Below are positions 26,201 to 39,303 of a DNA stretch of 64,000 bases, one piece after another (position 1 is the stretch's first letter; each line of letters starts with the position of its first letter). Below the pieces are notes generated by a model. The model saw only the letters and a program-made list of their open reading frames with translations. It did not search any database and was not told where the DNA came from. The translations under genes and the position numbers were made by a program. This DNA is from Pecten maximus (Eukaryota), in contig NC_047017.1 of assembly GCF_902652985.1 (NCBI RefSeq), positions 19,592,001 through 19,656,000 on the forward strand. The letters run 5' to 3'.

Positions 26201-26511
26201 ATGCCCTCTCCACTGTGACCATCTTCATATTCCCCCTTTCTTCTACACAGATTGATAGGTCACCCTGCGGTTCTGGAGTAACGGCCAGAATCGCCAGACA
26301 GTACCATAAAGGTTATGTCGGACTAGGACAAGCCAAGGAATTTCTGGGACCATCTGGAGCCAAATTCACAGCCAAGGCCGTAACGGAAGTGACGTATGGC
26401 GGATTCAAGGCAGTAGTGGTCGAGGTTTCCGGTAAAGGACACTACTGTGGCTCATCAACATTTTCTTTGGAGAAGGATGACGTCATAGGTCGTGGCTTTC
26501 TCCTTAAGTAA
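23231..26511 (+). CDS. L3HYPDH: Proline racemase family protein, trans-3-hydroxy-L-proline dehydratase-like, Cys/Cys type; gene D, 4 exons, 343 aa
   Basis: Exons 23231-23699, 24744-24896, 25711-25859 and 26251-26511; GT-AG, phases 1/1/0, 1032 nt. Motifs EMHTGGEPLR, EPRGHYDMYG, YSTMCGH, DIVYGGAFYA, FLYGTI, DRSPCGSGVTARIA, GFLLK*. The symbol denotes the orthogroup only. Confidence 0.92.
25030..25155 (+). mobile_element. CORE-type SINE fragment in intron 2 of gene D
   Basis: GTTGTGTTCTTGGGGAAGATACT...GTGAGGTAGCCACCAGCTACTACAAGGA matches the reverse complement of the element at 51530-51740. Confidence 0.55.
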
Positions 26512-26859
26512 TTTCTGGCCAACATGGCCATGATGGGAGCTGCTTTACTTGAGAATTTATTTGCAAATGGATTGTTAATACAAAAGGTATCCTATAACTT
26601 CTTGCGATTAATAGGCCTAACCATAGTTTTGAAAACACTTAATTTGGAAATCAATCAAGGAAAGTTGAAAGTGTAAAGTGGTTTTGTCCAAAATTGACTA
26701 ACGAAAAACAAAAATCTAGCTTTTATGTCTTTTTTCTGCATGTGCGCCAGGCTTTCTTTTCACCCTTTAGTAATGTATGCAGACGAAAACCCCAATGCGC
26801 TTACATCTTTGCATTCAATTCTTATACAACTTGCCAATTAAAACATACTTATATATGTA

Positions 26860-26940
26860 GTTTACATTGTGTTTGTATTATTGCTGGTTTACATTGTGTT
26901 TGTATTATTGCTGGTTTACATTGTGTTTGTATTATTGCTT
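26860..26940. repeat. 27-bp unit x3 (TTTACATTGTGTTTGTATTATTGCTGG)
   Basis: Direct tandem copies. Confidence 0.9.
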
Positions 26941-28239
26941 TAACATTTTCTAAAACCATATTCCAAATAGATACGGCTGACGCTTGTTATTCTTAGACAT
27001 CGTACAAGAAATTCGCAGTCCGGTTTGCGTACAAATTAGAATTGTATTCAGTAAGGACGAATTAAGATTATGACGAGGTAATCAATTATTCTTGCCCTTT
27101 CCTTAGTTCAGCCATGTCTGTTTGTCAGTTAGCAGTTATTTGCCGACGGGGTACCAGCTGTGTATACATGTATGAATGTTTATAAGTCGGTATCTTGTGT
27201 TGGTGTCGCCCCGATCACGCAGTGCCTTTAGCTTAACAACATTCGAGCTTATTTCTGATTCTGAATATAGAAAAAAAACTGGCTGCTTTGTCGTTGATTT
27301 GCTAATTATTAATTAACCGTCAAAAGCGTGCAGCTCCGTTAGATCTTCTGTTAATAGATTACATGTGTGTATCGATTAGTATCGATGACCAGCATATATA
27401 GGGGACTATTTTAATCCCCTGATTCTGAATTAATGGGTGAAAGTTTTAATACTACATGTAATCAGAAAGTGTCTGATGTTTTATTAAACATATCAGAAAC
27501 CTTTGGATTATATAAATAATGAATTCAGTATTTGTGTGTTTATGTGGGGGGGGGGGGGGGGGGGGGGGGCACAATTATCGCCTAGTCCAGTATTTCTTTT
27601 ACCCATCTAAATCTAGAGAGCTCAAAATATTTTTGTGCATAGTCTTATTTTTAATTCGTATTAACAGTGACCATAATCTTTGACATCTAAGCCCGAAAAT
27701 CTATCCAAAGCAAGCATTTAATTCGAAAAAAGCACCGGATAAAATAGTACCAAAGATAAAGTGCAGAAACCAAAAACTGACTCCCGGGGCACTTATGAAC
27801 ACGCTTCTGCATGCTCAGACAAACAAACTCTTGTCCACGTAGATTTCACAGGTGCATTCTATGGTTTTTATTACACAGGCAATCCCTGGTTATCTTATTT
27901 TTTATCGTTGACACAAGGTCAGTAATGAATTGATCTCTCCCTCAGTCGTCTATGTGAAGGTTGTAAACTTGTATGTTTACATTGGGGTGTAGTAGGTTTG
28001 AGAGATAATATACATTTTGTATACACCAGGATGTATTAATATGCAGGGGCACGTCAAATACTTTTACGATTTGTGTTTCTCGGGAATTTTAGATCGCGGA
28101 CATGTCTATGGTGTGGTTAGGTCATGTCGTGAGACACGCTTTCCCAATATTACTCTGGATAGCATACGACTGACCTTCTACAGCTACTACTAAAAATATG
28201 GAAACTCTACCTCAAAATGACCCTGGCTTGTCATGGACA

Positions 28240-28446
28240 CAGGGACTTGATAACTTGTTACAGTCTACATGTATTTGGACCTCTAGTGTGTATAGCACAT
28301 TTTCAGACGTTTTGGGGGGCTATATTTGAACACCGGGGATGTCAATTTTAGGGAATTCTAATCTAGCCCCACAAAACGTCTGAAAATGTGCTATACACAC
28401 TAGAGGTCCAAATACATGTAGACTGTAACAAATTATCAAGTCCCTG
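28240..28446. mobile_element. Fold-back MITE with about 85-bp arms, inserted in a SINE tail
   Basis: CAGGGACTTGATAA...TTATCAAGTCCCTG with near-perfect arms. The flanks TGACCCTGGC.. and ..GTGATAAACCC rejoin as a SINE 3' end. Confidence 0.8.
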
Positions 28447-28885
28447 GGTCAGGGAGTGATAAACCCTGCAACAGGCCATCAATAGGATACCGCAAAACTG
28501 TATAAGGGACTAGACCAGGTAATACAGGTACACAAAGTTAGACCAGGTAATACAGGTACGCAAAGTAACCAAGCGATGTAACCCAGGCTGACATTAAATT
28601 CCATTCCTATAAATCTTGCAAAATATGACAAAAGTTGTCCAAAGATTGTTCCTATGTAGCATTTTCAATTTCATGAAAAAACAAACGAACTAATAAAAAG
28701 TAACCATGTTTTTTTTGTGAACACAGATGTATTCGATGTATTGTCGCTTATCTTACGCTACCAAAATTGCGATAGTGATCACTCGGACACTAAACATGAT
28801 AAGGGTCTTCGATATATCTCACATGTAGGACATTCAAACTGATGAAACTCAGATGAAGATCCGAGCCTTGGTACAATCTCAGTCA

Positions 28886-28975
28886 CAGGGGCTTGACATA
28901 TTCCTATGACCAAGAATGAAAAAAAAATCAAGTCCGACCCCTAAATCTGGGTCATAGGAACGTGTCGAGCCCCTG
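28886..28975. mobile_element. 90-bp hairpin MITE-like element
   Basis: CAGGGGCTTGACATATTCCTATGACC ... GGTCATAGGAACGTGTCGAGCCCCTG; no clear target duplication. Confidence 0.6.
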
Positions 28976-31900
28976 TAGTTTTTATCATCTGTCAATAAAC
29001 GTGACACCGATTGCTCTGGATTATGGTGGCTGATTACGGTCATCTCGTGTTGTCGTTATGTCGCGTTCAGAAATGCGCGACAACACGACTGGGCTTTAGG
29101 TGTGTTTTCGAGAAAAATCGCAGTTACTCTAAAACTGAAGCCGCTATGAAAGCCGGACTTTCAGCATTTTAAGTTTCATCCTAAACCACATTTTTCGGCA
29201 TAGCCGTATGATAATCTTTTGTCCCCGGAAATGACGCGACAGGTGGCGTTACTGGTCAAGACGAAGTATGTGATTGGTCAATGTAGCGGTAAATGCAAAA
29301 TGCAGTTATGCAGTTAAAAACGGAACAAAGTTAAGGTTGAATGCAAGCTGAATAAGTGGATACATCTTTTCAAATGACACATTAATACAATTATATTCCT
29401 GATAGAAATGCAGTCGTATTCAGGCACGTAGCTGCCTATACGCAAATACGCAGTTGCGTACACATCAGTTTTCAACAACAACAAAACAAAAACAAAAACA
29501 AAACACTCAAAACAAAACAACAACAAAACAAAGAAAGAAAGAAAGAAAAAACTCTGTTATTTATATGAGCTTATCTATACACAAACTATGAATGCTGTCC
29601 CTAGGTGATGGTTCTAGTCAAACCCACTAATTGATATAACTATTCATTACGTGGTAGGGAACGCAATCAATCGGTCGGTTAAAGTGGGACAAAGAAAAAT
29701 CCCAAGACCTGTTTCTTTGGAAGAAATTTCAGCTCGCCCCGCAGGAACCATCAGCATCAGAAACAAGTCAAAATGGTACACCAGATGTAACAAAGCTCCC
29801 TGGTGGTTGTCAGAATTGCAAAATGCTTACGCTAACATTTTAGAGCATTCAGGACATAAAAGATCAATGGCAAATTATGCATTTTATATACAAAATTTGC
29901 AAGATATATGTATATATGAGAGGTTGAAGCAAATTCTAAATAGCACACAAAACTTAGTTTTGATATCCAACGGTTTACACAAAATATGGAGAAAATGAAA
30001 ATAAATCCAAATAATTTCAAAATTAGTTGTCAAATAAAAAAGATGCCAGATACATATGCATGTACTAATATAGACTTAAAATCTTAATATAGACGTAAAA
30101 GTGTTTCGATCAGTTTAAAATGAGCTTTGATACAAAAACGTTAAGTCCTAAACATAGGAAACTTAAATTAAAACAAAAAAATAGAATAATTCAATAATAT
30201 TTTTTTGTAACTTTACTCTAATAAATGATTATTAACTTAATTCCTGTTTGGCGTCCTCCACCTCTCTTGTCTTGATCAATCAGTCTATTTGGTATTTTAC
30301 CTTCAAAATAGAGCAAATTATTTTCTAAATTCTCCTAATTTTCTTCTGTTTATCTCTCCTACCATTCCCTTTTACAATACATATTTATTTTATACAATTC
30401 AGATTATCTTTTTTTTATACTAAACAGATTATATTTTAAATATGTCTCAAATACACGTATTTGCTTTTTTGCAGTTAGACGTACATGTAAAACCATTTCA
30501 GGTAAAAGTAGATTCCAATTGATTCCACGAGGAAAAGGGGTATCTGAAAGCTCTTTACACATGTCAGACACTCTAACAGCTATATTCAGATACGTGCTGA
30601 ATGTAAACTATATAGCATTGTTAGATCTCATATCCCTTAAAATGTATTATCTTATTATATAAGATATGTTATCACAATAATATGCCGAAACACAATACAA
30701 CATAGAATTATAATTGAAATCATTCCATTATAACAATTATACACAACGAGAAAAACTTTTTTTTCAAATATATGTGTGTATTTCGGCACAAATTGCATGA
30801 AACTTGTAGAAAAAATAAGTGCCTACATCATCTATTGTTAAACGTACATGTAGTGAATGAGCGAACACTGGAGATAATATCTCATTTACATATTTAAATT
30901 GCTCATTTAAATATGATTTAAAATTTGGGCATAGTAGTTAACATTTAATTTTTTTCTGGAGTCTGATCTAACCCTCCATCCTCCCTTTGGTGCCATTCCT
31001 ATAAAGGACTACTTACAACCGGAAAACAGGGTAAAGTCTGATTTACATATTTGTTACTGTTAATCTTAAAATGAAGAACAGGTCCGGAGTTATATATGCG
31101 CATAGAGTACAAAATTCACTATTGGAATTTTCGTCACTACATGACAGTTGATAAGATGCAGGCATGAATCAATACTTTTAAGGAAATCGTTTGCTTTCAA
31201 ACGTTAGGTGAACGTTACTATACGTATGCTTAGAAATGTTATTGAATACATGAAACACAGCTTTCTGAACGCAGATAGACACAGAAATCTTATTTTGAAA
31301 TGTACAGATTTTGATATTATATATGTACCCTTTGTCTGATCTTCAATGAAATTAGTAATTTAATGTATTTTTAAATCATTAGGTTTGCACACCAACGCTG
31401 TCACGAATGTTTTGCCTTGTATATCAAGGTTGCTAAATAGTGGGATTAACGTCTCCAAACGAGACCAAGCGTGGCTTACCTGGGTTGTCACATGAACACA
31501 GTTCACTGGTAGTTAAGCTTCTGAACTCTGACCCCTATCTGAGAGAGTGTCCTAGGCTCGGCTCTAACCGGAGCAAGGACATTAATCCTCGTCAATCAAC
31601 CCCTATCTGAGTACATGTATAATGATAATCATTATAATTCCAACTTTTAACTTAACTCTAGAACACATGTCGTGCTATGTTATGACCACCGGTACAATTA
31701 AAAGATTCATTTATATTAAATTCAATTCGACTTTACTGGAACTGTTATAACTACAATTGCATTTTTATATATAAATGTATTTTACCTACACATACCGTCA
31801 TGAAAACATCCCCCATTGTCGCAATGATCATCCCAAAACGTCGTTTACGCGCCACTTAAATACAAGGTTGATCTCAGATTTTTGGTCTTGATTTCTTTCT

Positions 31901-32389
31901 TTTACATCCCTTCCCACAGGAAAGGTTATGTACATATGGTTATTGAACACATATTCGGACATTATGTAAACGTGTTCCAAGCGTGGAAAATAAGGTAAAG
32001 TCAACACAAATTATCAATCTAAATGCTGTACAAGGCTCGTCGTTTCAAGAAAACAGGACAACGTAACTATTCGGACATCGTTAAATGAAGGACTTAAATT
32101 GGCCAAACACTTAACTGTATATCATAATACGGTACTCATTCACCCCTCATTTCATTTCTCTGCATACACATACAAAATAACTTGGCTACGCGCATGGTAT
32201 TATCACCAAACTGATTCAAACTGATATCATTTTGTTATCTGTGCTGAAACACATTAGTTCGTTCATTTATTTCACCAGCAGTTTTATATTATAAACACCA
32301 GCATTTAAACTATGCTAAGCTTAACATAGCAAATCGTTCCGGGCACACTTTAAGGAATATTGATGAAACTTGTCCCAGTTCCATAATTT

Positions 32390-32570
32390 TTGTTTTGTTT
32401 AACGTCCTATTAACAGCCAGGGTCATTTAAGGACGTGCCAGGTTTTGGAGGTGGAGGAAAGCCGGAGTACCCGGAGAAAAACCACCGGCCTACGGTCAGT
32501 ACCTGGCAACTGCCCCACGTAGGTTTCGGAGGGCTAGTGATAAAGTGTCGGGACACCTTAACCACTCTCC
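32390..32570 (-). mobile_element. tRNA-derived SINE with V-domain-like motif
   Basis: GCCGGAGTACCCGGAGAAAAACCACCG motif, (TTTTG)n tail, and ACCTTAACCACT (A-box remnant on the minus strand). Confidence 0.7.
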
Positions 32571-32806
32571 CCTCACGGTTTCTGCCGATAAGTGATAAGT
32601 TATATCCCAATAATTGTATTGCTGATCTGGTCGCCGGTGGTTAGTTAAACAATATCTTATTTGATAACAAGTTGTACAATACAATAAATCAAACGTGTAC
32701 AAGAGGATTTGAGTTAACAAGCTTAGAGCTTATGTAAAACCGTCTCCTTAAATGTCCATCGCCTGATTAAAATAGCATGTTCTTGGCATTAGTTACTGCA
32801 TGTAAC

Positions 32807-32968
32807 CAGAGACATATATACAGAATAGTTATCTCTGCTCCAGAGTCCATCCTTGCTGTGATTGGGACGTCCCCGACGATTATCGGTATGGATGATGATC
32901 CTGGACGTACCCTAAATACCTGTTCTACCTCCACATCTGAAGCTGTATCCTCTGTATATATGTCTCTG
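32807..32968. mobile_element. 162-bp MITE, P-element-superfamily-like
   Basis: Perfect 18-bp TIR CAGAGACATATATACAGA and perfect 7-bp TSD ATGTAAC (32800-32806, 32969-32975). Confidence 0.85.
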
Positions 32969-33101
32969 ATGTAACGTCCGAACAGATAATGTCAATAAGA
33001 TTGTAAATATACGGATAAACATGTACATATCAACATTTCTTATGTATAAACCAATTTACATATCTCCTAAAATTCTCAATACCGTAACTCTCCTTATAAA
33101 A

Positions 33102-35859
33102 TTACAATAGAAACCCCCTCCCTATGACGTCATCTTCCTCCAAGGAAAACTCGGAAGAACCGCTGTAGTACCCCTTCCCGGAAACTTCAATGACTACCGC
33201 TTTGTATCCGCCCCACGTTACTTCCTGTACTGGTTTTGCCTGGAACTCGGATTGAATATGGCTCCTGAAAGTCCTGGACTGGCCGAGCTGGACGAACCCT
33301 TTGTGGTACAGAAGCGCCACTCTGGCAGTCGTACCGGACCCACAGGGAGATCTGTCAAACTGTACAAAAAATGTAGATATTACAATGCTTATGTTAGCTC
33401 ATAAGTATTTCCACAGAAATATTTCTACACGATTACATCTTTATTTTATTATTCATGTGGACAAGGTACGTTTTTCAAGAATCTTGAAACGGCTTTAATA
33501 CGCTGAGATGGAGAGGACAATGCCCCCAGGAAAGGTTGTACAAATGCTTACGAACTATAAATTTGAACACAGGCGTTGGATTTGGTTAGTTATAGCACAG
33601 GCGTAAGTTTTGTCTCTATTGATACTAACCAGAAGCAGACGCCTGTGGTTATAGAAAACACCCCCACTACTATTATATTTATTGTAAATATGTTTTTCTC
33701 TATACGTCCTGTCAGTATGTGAAAAGAGAATAACATGAATTTGAATTTGTACTATGTTTTTCCTATAAATACTAATCAGATTCAGGCGCCCGTGAGTTGT
33801 ATTCACGTGCACCGCCAATACTTGGAATAGTCGCATTGCCGAGAAAGAATATTATTTGCAGAACATTAATGTGACATTTTTATAATGTATGTGAATAATA
33901 TCGCGACCTGTTTCTCTGCAAACACACAAACATGTGTTGACGGGATGTCAGCTCGATCGTCTTGTCCATCCGTTACGATGGTCCCATACAGAAAGGCCAA
34001 ATCGTCACTCTCCGGGTGGCTTAGTTTTAACTGCTTCTTTAGAGCGTCTGAAATAACAGCACTACTTGAATTCAAGTAGGAAAATACCAAGAAGGGAAAC
34101 ATTTACATATTGGTTTGATATGAGTTGAAATCACCAAAAACGTATGTGTCGGAGCGACACGCATACCCCGACGGTTACCAAGGAAACGTCTGGAACTCTC
34201 TAGTGTGTTAACTGTTCAACTTTGTTAAGAGATGTAGGCATGACTTTTCAGAACAGTATCATATGTCTTAGTAACATATGTTTTAGTAACATATGTCCTA
34301 GTATTACATGTCTTAGTAGCATATGTCTTAGTAACACATGTCTTAGTAACACCTGTCTTATTGTCATATGTGCTAGAATTAGATATCTTAGTAACATATG
34401 CCTCAGCATCATATGTCTTAGTATCACATGTCTTTGTAACACCTGTCTTAGTGTCATATATGCTAGTATCATATGTCTTAGTATCATATGTCTTAGTAAC
34501 ATGTCTTAGTAACATATGTCTTATTAACATATGTCTTAGTAACATATATATTAGTATCATGTCTTCGTAACATGTCTTAGTATCATATGTCTTAGTAACA
34601 TATGTCCTAGTAACATCTGTCTTAGTATCATATGTCTTTGTAACATAATTGTGTCCTTGTTACACGTGTTCTAGTATCAGGCATATATATATACACACTT
34701 ACCTCAAAGGCACACTGTCTTATAGATATGTACACGTGTCGTAGTTGCATGCGTTCGTCTTAGTAATATATGTACACGTATCGTAGTTGCATGCGTTCGT
34801 CTTAGTAATATTTGTACACGTGTAGCGGTTGCATGCATTCGTCTTAGTAATATATGTACATGTGCCGTAGTTGCATGCGTTCGTCTTAGTAACATGCATA
34901 AAATAACAAACCAGTGAGTTACCCGTCGTGGCCGCTGCCGCACTCCTGATGACGTCAGGGGCTACGTCTCCTAACCGGAAGTTGTACTGAGTGTCGGGCA
35001 CAAAGGCAAAGAACGCCCCTCCGTATACGATGTCTGCTACGATACATCCGTAACCCGGAACATCCACGGACACACCTGGACCGAAATAATAGGAAATCAA
35101 CAGTACAGCCAACACTTATAAAACAAGGCTGAATATCACCAGATAATGGTGTACCTGTTCCAAACATTCTCCGGAAGATCTCTTTCTATCGTAATGACCA
35201 TATTAATTGTTATCATAATTATGTATATCACATATTGTGTTAGGAAATAAACAAATTATCGTGGAAAACTATATGTCATCAAAATATACTGAAATACTAA
35301 AATAAGTATCTGGTCAAGCAAAATAAAACAGAATGTAAATCTAATATATATATAATCAGCATTTGTATGGCCTTTGAATAATTATACCTGTTGCGAAGAC
35401 AAAAGCCGGGACACTGTTGAATCGGACGTTTCCGGTCTTTCCACCTTTATACTCCACGAACGCCTCCACCAGTCCGCATGGACACTGGATCGCCACGCGG
35501 GTCTCCGGACTGGAAGGGTTCCGGACTAATCCCGAATCTACGGCATATCGTCCAAGGGCGATAACTGCGTGTCCACACATCGTACTATAGCCCGCGTTAT
35601 GTATAAACATTGTGGCCAGGTCGGCGTCCTTGTCATCCGGCTCTACCAACAACGCGCCAAACATGTCACGATGGCCGCGAGGTTCGCTCATCAGTAATTT
35701 CCTGTAAGGGTCGAGATGTTCCCGGGTGTAGCGAATCTTATCCAATATGGTGTCGCCCTTTGGAACAGGGAATCCAGACTCGACTATCCTTAAGGGTTCT
35801 CCGCCTGTATGCATCTCCTTGGTTTTGATGACAACAGTGTTAGGTGTTGGTTCCGCCAT
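33102..35859 (-). CDS. Proline racemase family protein (L3HYPDH-like paralogue), Cys/Cys type; gene E, 4 exons, 340 aa
   Basis: Exons 35859-35388, 35075-34923, 34047-33908 and 33359-33102; GT-AG, same phases as D, 1023 nt. Motifs EPRGHRDMFG, YSTMCGH, FLYGTI, FDRSPCGSGTTAR. Confidence 0.92.
34250..34895. repeat. About 18-bp (ATGTCTTAGTAACAT) array at 34250-34650 and 42-bp x4 array at 34725-34895, in intron 2 of gene E
   Basis: Tandem units visible; both arrays share GTCTTAGTAA. Confidence 0.9.
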
Positions 35860-36116
35860 TGCTATCTGTAGATACTATCTTCCTATGTAGGTAATGTCGT
35901 CCTTTATATGATAACACTGGCCATCGTCGCTGACATACATACATATAGTATGGGAGCTCGAGGGTGGAACAACACGACGTTTGTATCATAGGCACTTCAC
36001 GGTATTTGGTAATTGTTAAAATCCAATACTATACAGTACATATCGAGGGTATTGCATTTTAACTCGGGGTGTTAAAGTGTACCCGATTTGCTATACCAAA
36101 GACCTATATTAATATA

Positions 36117-36937
36117 GAGCAAGGGTACGTAATTTCGCACAGTACGTAAATTCGCATACCTGACGATTTTTTGCGTTTTTCCTCCAAGTGGTCGAGGACT
36201 GTGCTTTTTTGTTTATATGTTGACTATTGCCAACCTTTAATGGAACATTTGCCGTTTTAAGTACATCTTTTCAGATTAAGTTCGTTTTGAAAACAAATTT
36301 TAACTGATACGACTCTCGTCCGATAAAATTGATACCGGATGATTAAATATTTTATTTAAAATAATCCCAGTTATTGATTGGCATGTGAATTCGCAAATAT
36401 TTAAAGAAAATACAATTTGATCAGATTATAAACAAAACTTATTACAAATCCACCAAGTATAACTAATAACAGCGCTGACCTGCAGACACCCCGTCATTTT
36501 CACCGCCTTGTTTACATTTACCTTCGTAGGGAGCGGTCATTATTAAAAGCAAAAATAGCGGTAAATTGGCACTTTCCAATTTTACATTATTTTGTTTTTA
36601 AAGATTTTTTTTTTAATTATGGCATTGGGCTTTATCTTAGTTTAGAATGTTGTTTGTCTACAAAATGGCTGAAAACTATTTTTACCAACAAAATTAAAGA
36701 AGTTAGATGGGTGTGCGAAATTACGTACCCGATCGTCTTCAAACCCAGCAATAAACACAAGTTTACAACAGCTCCCTTTCGCAGTGATACGTGTGCGCAT
36801 ATCAGGTTGCACACATGTATGTTACGAAGCATTTGTACATCTAACAATGTGACGTATTCTTTCTTGATTTGAAATTGATTTGACGGAAATGTATTTCAAA
36901 ACATACCGAAAGTGTGCGAAATTACGTACCCCCACTC
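36117..36937. mobile_element. TA-flanked MITE (Tc1/mariner/pogo-like) nested in a short P-type palindrome
   Basis: TA|GAGCAAGGGTACGTAATTTCGCACA ... TGTGCGAAATTACGTACCCCCACTC|TA, with extra copies of the motif at about 36142 and 36712. Confidence 0.75.
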
Positions 36938-37389
36938 TAGGTCTCTGGCTATACTAAGCTTATAAAATGTGATTTAGGATGAAACTATAATATGCTGAAA
37001 GTGCGAGTTTCATAGCGACTTTAGTTTTAGAATACATATTTTTTGTAATTGCGATTTTTCTCGAAAACACACCTGAAGCCCAAAGCTGTTGACCTCGTTT
37101 CGGTGACCTCTGACCTGTGACGTCACAGGTTTAACGGGATCAGAGCCGCCATAGAAGAATTAGACAGGCATCATGTAAGTGCTGAATAAACCTTTTGAGT
37201 TATATTTGTGAATAAGTTAATAACAAGTGCTACCGAAACCGGGGACATCTTATTAATATTCTATTATAACGGGCCAAATACAACGAGTATCATATTACTA
37301 ATTTTCTATTATAACGGCAATCAACGTGTAAAATTTGAATAATTTTCTACTTAAACGGGTCGAATAACATGTATAACATTTGAATAATT

Positions 37390-38577
37390 ATGTATTCCCA
37401 AGACTAACTGTATTTGAAAGACCATTTATACCCGATACAACAAAACTATGGAACAATCTTGATATTCAAACCCGCTTATGTAATACTGTTTCTACATTTA
37501 AAAGTAAAATTGCTCTAAAATGAAAATATGCTTCAAAGTTGTATTCTTCAGGTGCTCGGAAATTGAATATCTTGCATACAAGGCTTAGGTATAAATGTAG
37601 CGCTTTAAGTGCAGATCTAAAACGTATTAATTTAATCGAGTCGCCTATGTGTAGATGCTCTGATGGTATAGAGAATGCAGAACATTTTTTGTTAGAATGT
37701 CCATTATTTGTGGCTTCTAGAAATATATTGATACACAAAATTACTAACGTGGTGAATCAGAGAGATAGGTCTCTGGGTGAATGTACTCGATATATCAACA
37801 GATATGTTGCTATTTGGTTCTGACATGCTTTCTGAAAACGAAAACCGTACTTTATTTTTATTAGTCCAATACTTCATTGGCCATACTAAACGCTATTTGT
37901 GTAGTGAGTTTCTGGAAGTGTCTAGCGGTCTGCGGTGTACTCTGTCAATTGGCTATCAGGATGCAAACTAATGATTTGGTTGTTTTTAATATGTTATTTA
38001 CAGCACAAGTGCAAAAACTATTTTCCTTCTGTTAAATCAGAGACATATATACATGTCTCTGGTTAAATGTAATGTATTTCAATAGTCTATCGAAACTAAT
38101 AATCTGTTGGTATATTTATTTATATTATCTGGAATTGCATACATGTATACATATGAATATGTTAATCAGTAATAAAGTCATTTACTCTGATAATTGAAGT
38201 TTATTTGTGATACATGCAGCACGTTTCGTGTATATGTGCAGCATTCACTATTGTTGCTCTATTCTATTAGAGCAAGAAATTTAGCTAAATGCACTTAATA
38301 TATTATATGTATCTCCATAGCTTTACATTGTAAATTAACTCATATTCAATCTAGACATGCGGGTACAGTGACTTTATAATATGACATATGTATATGGTAA
38401 ATTTTATCTTATAGCTATTTTTGACATGTTCATATCATCATCAATTGTCTTTATTATTTTCGGTCATGTTTATTCATTTAATCATTTATGTTATACGGGA
38501 AAAGACGGATTATACGTTTTATACCTGTGTCTAAACCCATTTGAGTTTTGACAGTAAAATATGTTTAAATAAAAAAA
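37390..38577 (+). mobile_element. 5'-truncated, degenerate CR1/L2-group LINE (end of ORF2 and 3' UTR)
   Basis: ILHTRLRYKCSAL...MCRCSDGIENAEHFLLECPLF (C-terminal CCHC region) with stops and frameshifts; A-rich end near 38577. Boundaries approximate. Confidence 0.7.
38038..38061. mobile_element. 24-bp P-type excision footprint
   Basis: GTTAAAT|CAGAGACATATATACATGTCTCTG|GTTAAAT; termini identical to the MITE at 32807. Confidence 0.75.
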
Positions 38578-39303
38578 GAATGTTCTAGTATAACGGGCCG
38601 TTTATAACATGTAACGACTAACATCATATCCTTTATTATGAGGGCATGGTTTGTTGCATACCAATATTGTTTTCGGTTATAATACTTCTAGTTATAGAAG
38701 TTTAAAATGCAGTTCATTCATGATGTGAAATAAATGCTAAGAATTTGAATTCTTACTAGCCGAAACAGCAATGGATACGTTGCAAATCCACTTCAGTACA
38801 CTTTCGGATAATTGTCCGAAATTGATAAAACTTGTCCATGAAAGATAAGTAATATAACCCAGACAAGATTCATAGAGTAAATTTTCAGCATCGTGGGTAT
38901 ATGAATGAGCCAACTTAAGTAGGTTAATTATTCTATAGGCAAACCTTTGCGATACGAATTTGGTTTGCTTGTAGGGAAAACGAAACTCACTGAATTAAAA
39001 AAAAATCAAGCTCAATTTACGTACAACTTATATTTATTTTATATAATTATAAAAGCATATCTTCGGAACATTTTTGATGTGCATGGAAATCAAACGCGTC
39101 AACTCACAAATTTTAAAAGCAATTATCGGTGCGTGCCGATTAGAACGCCAGAAATCACAGACACCTGTGGTGCAGTGACAGGTATGACGAGCTTGTGGAC
39201 CGTAATTTCACACCTGGTAATTGTTTAGCGGTATACTAACCCACTCAAACTTGTCTGTAGTTTGGATACTTCTTCGTCGTAGATGTCGGGTATGGGTTTG
39301 AGT

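Noticed and set aside
34222-34943. Overlapping short ORFs in intron 2 of gene E
   Set aside because: Translations of 18-bp and 42-bp tandem repeats.
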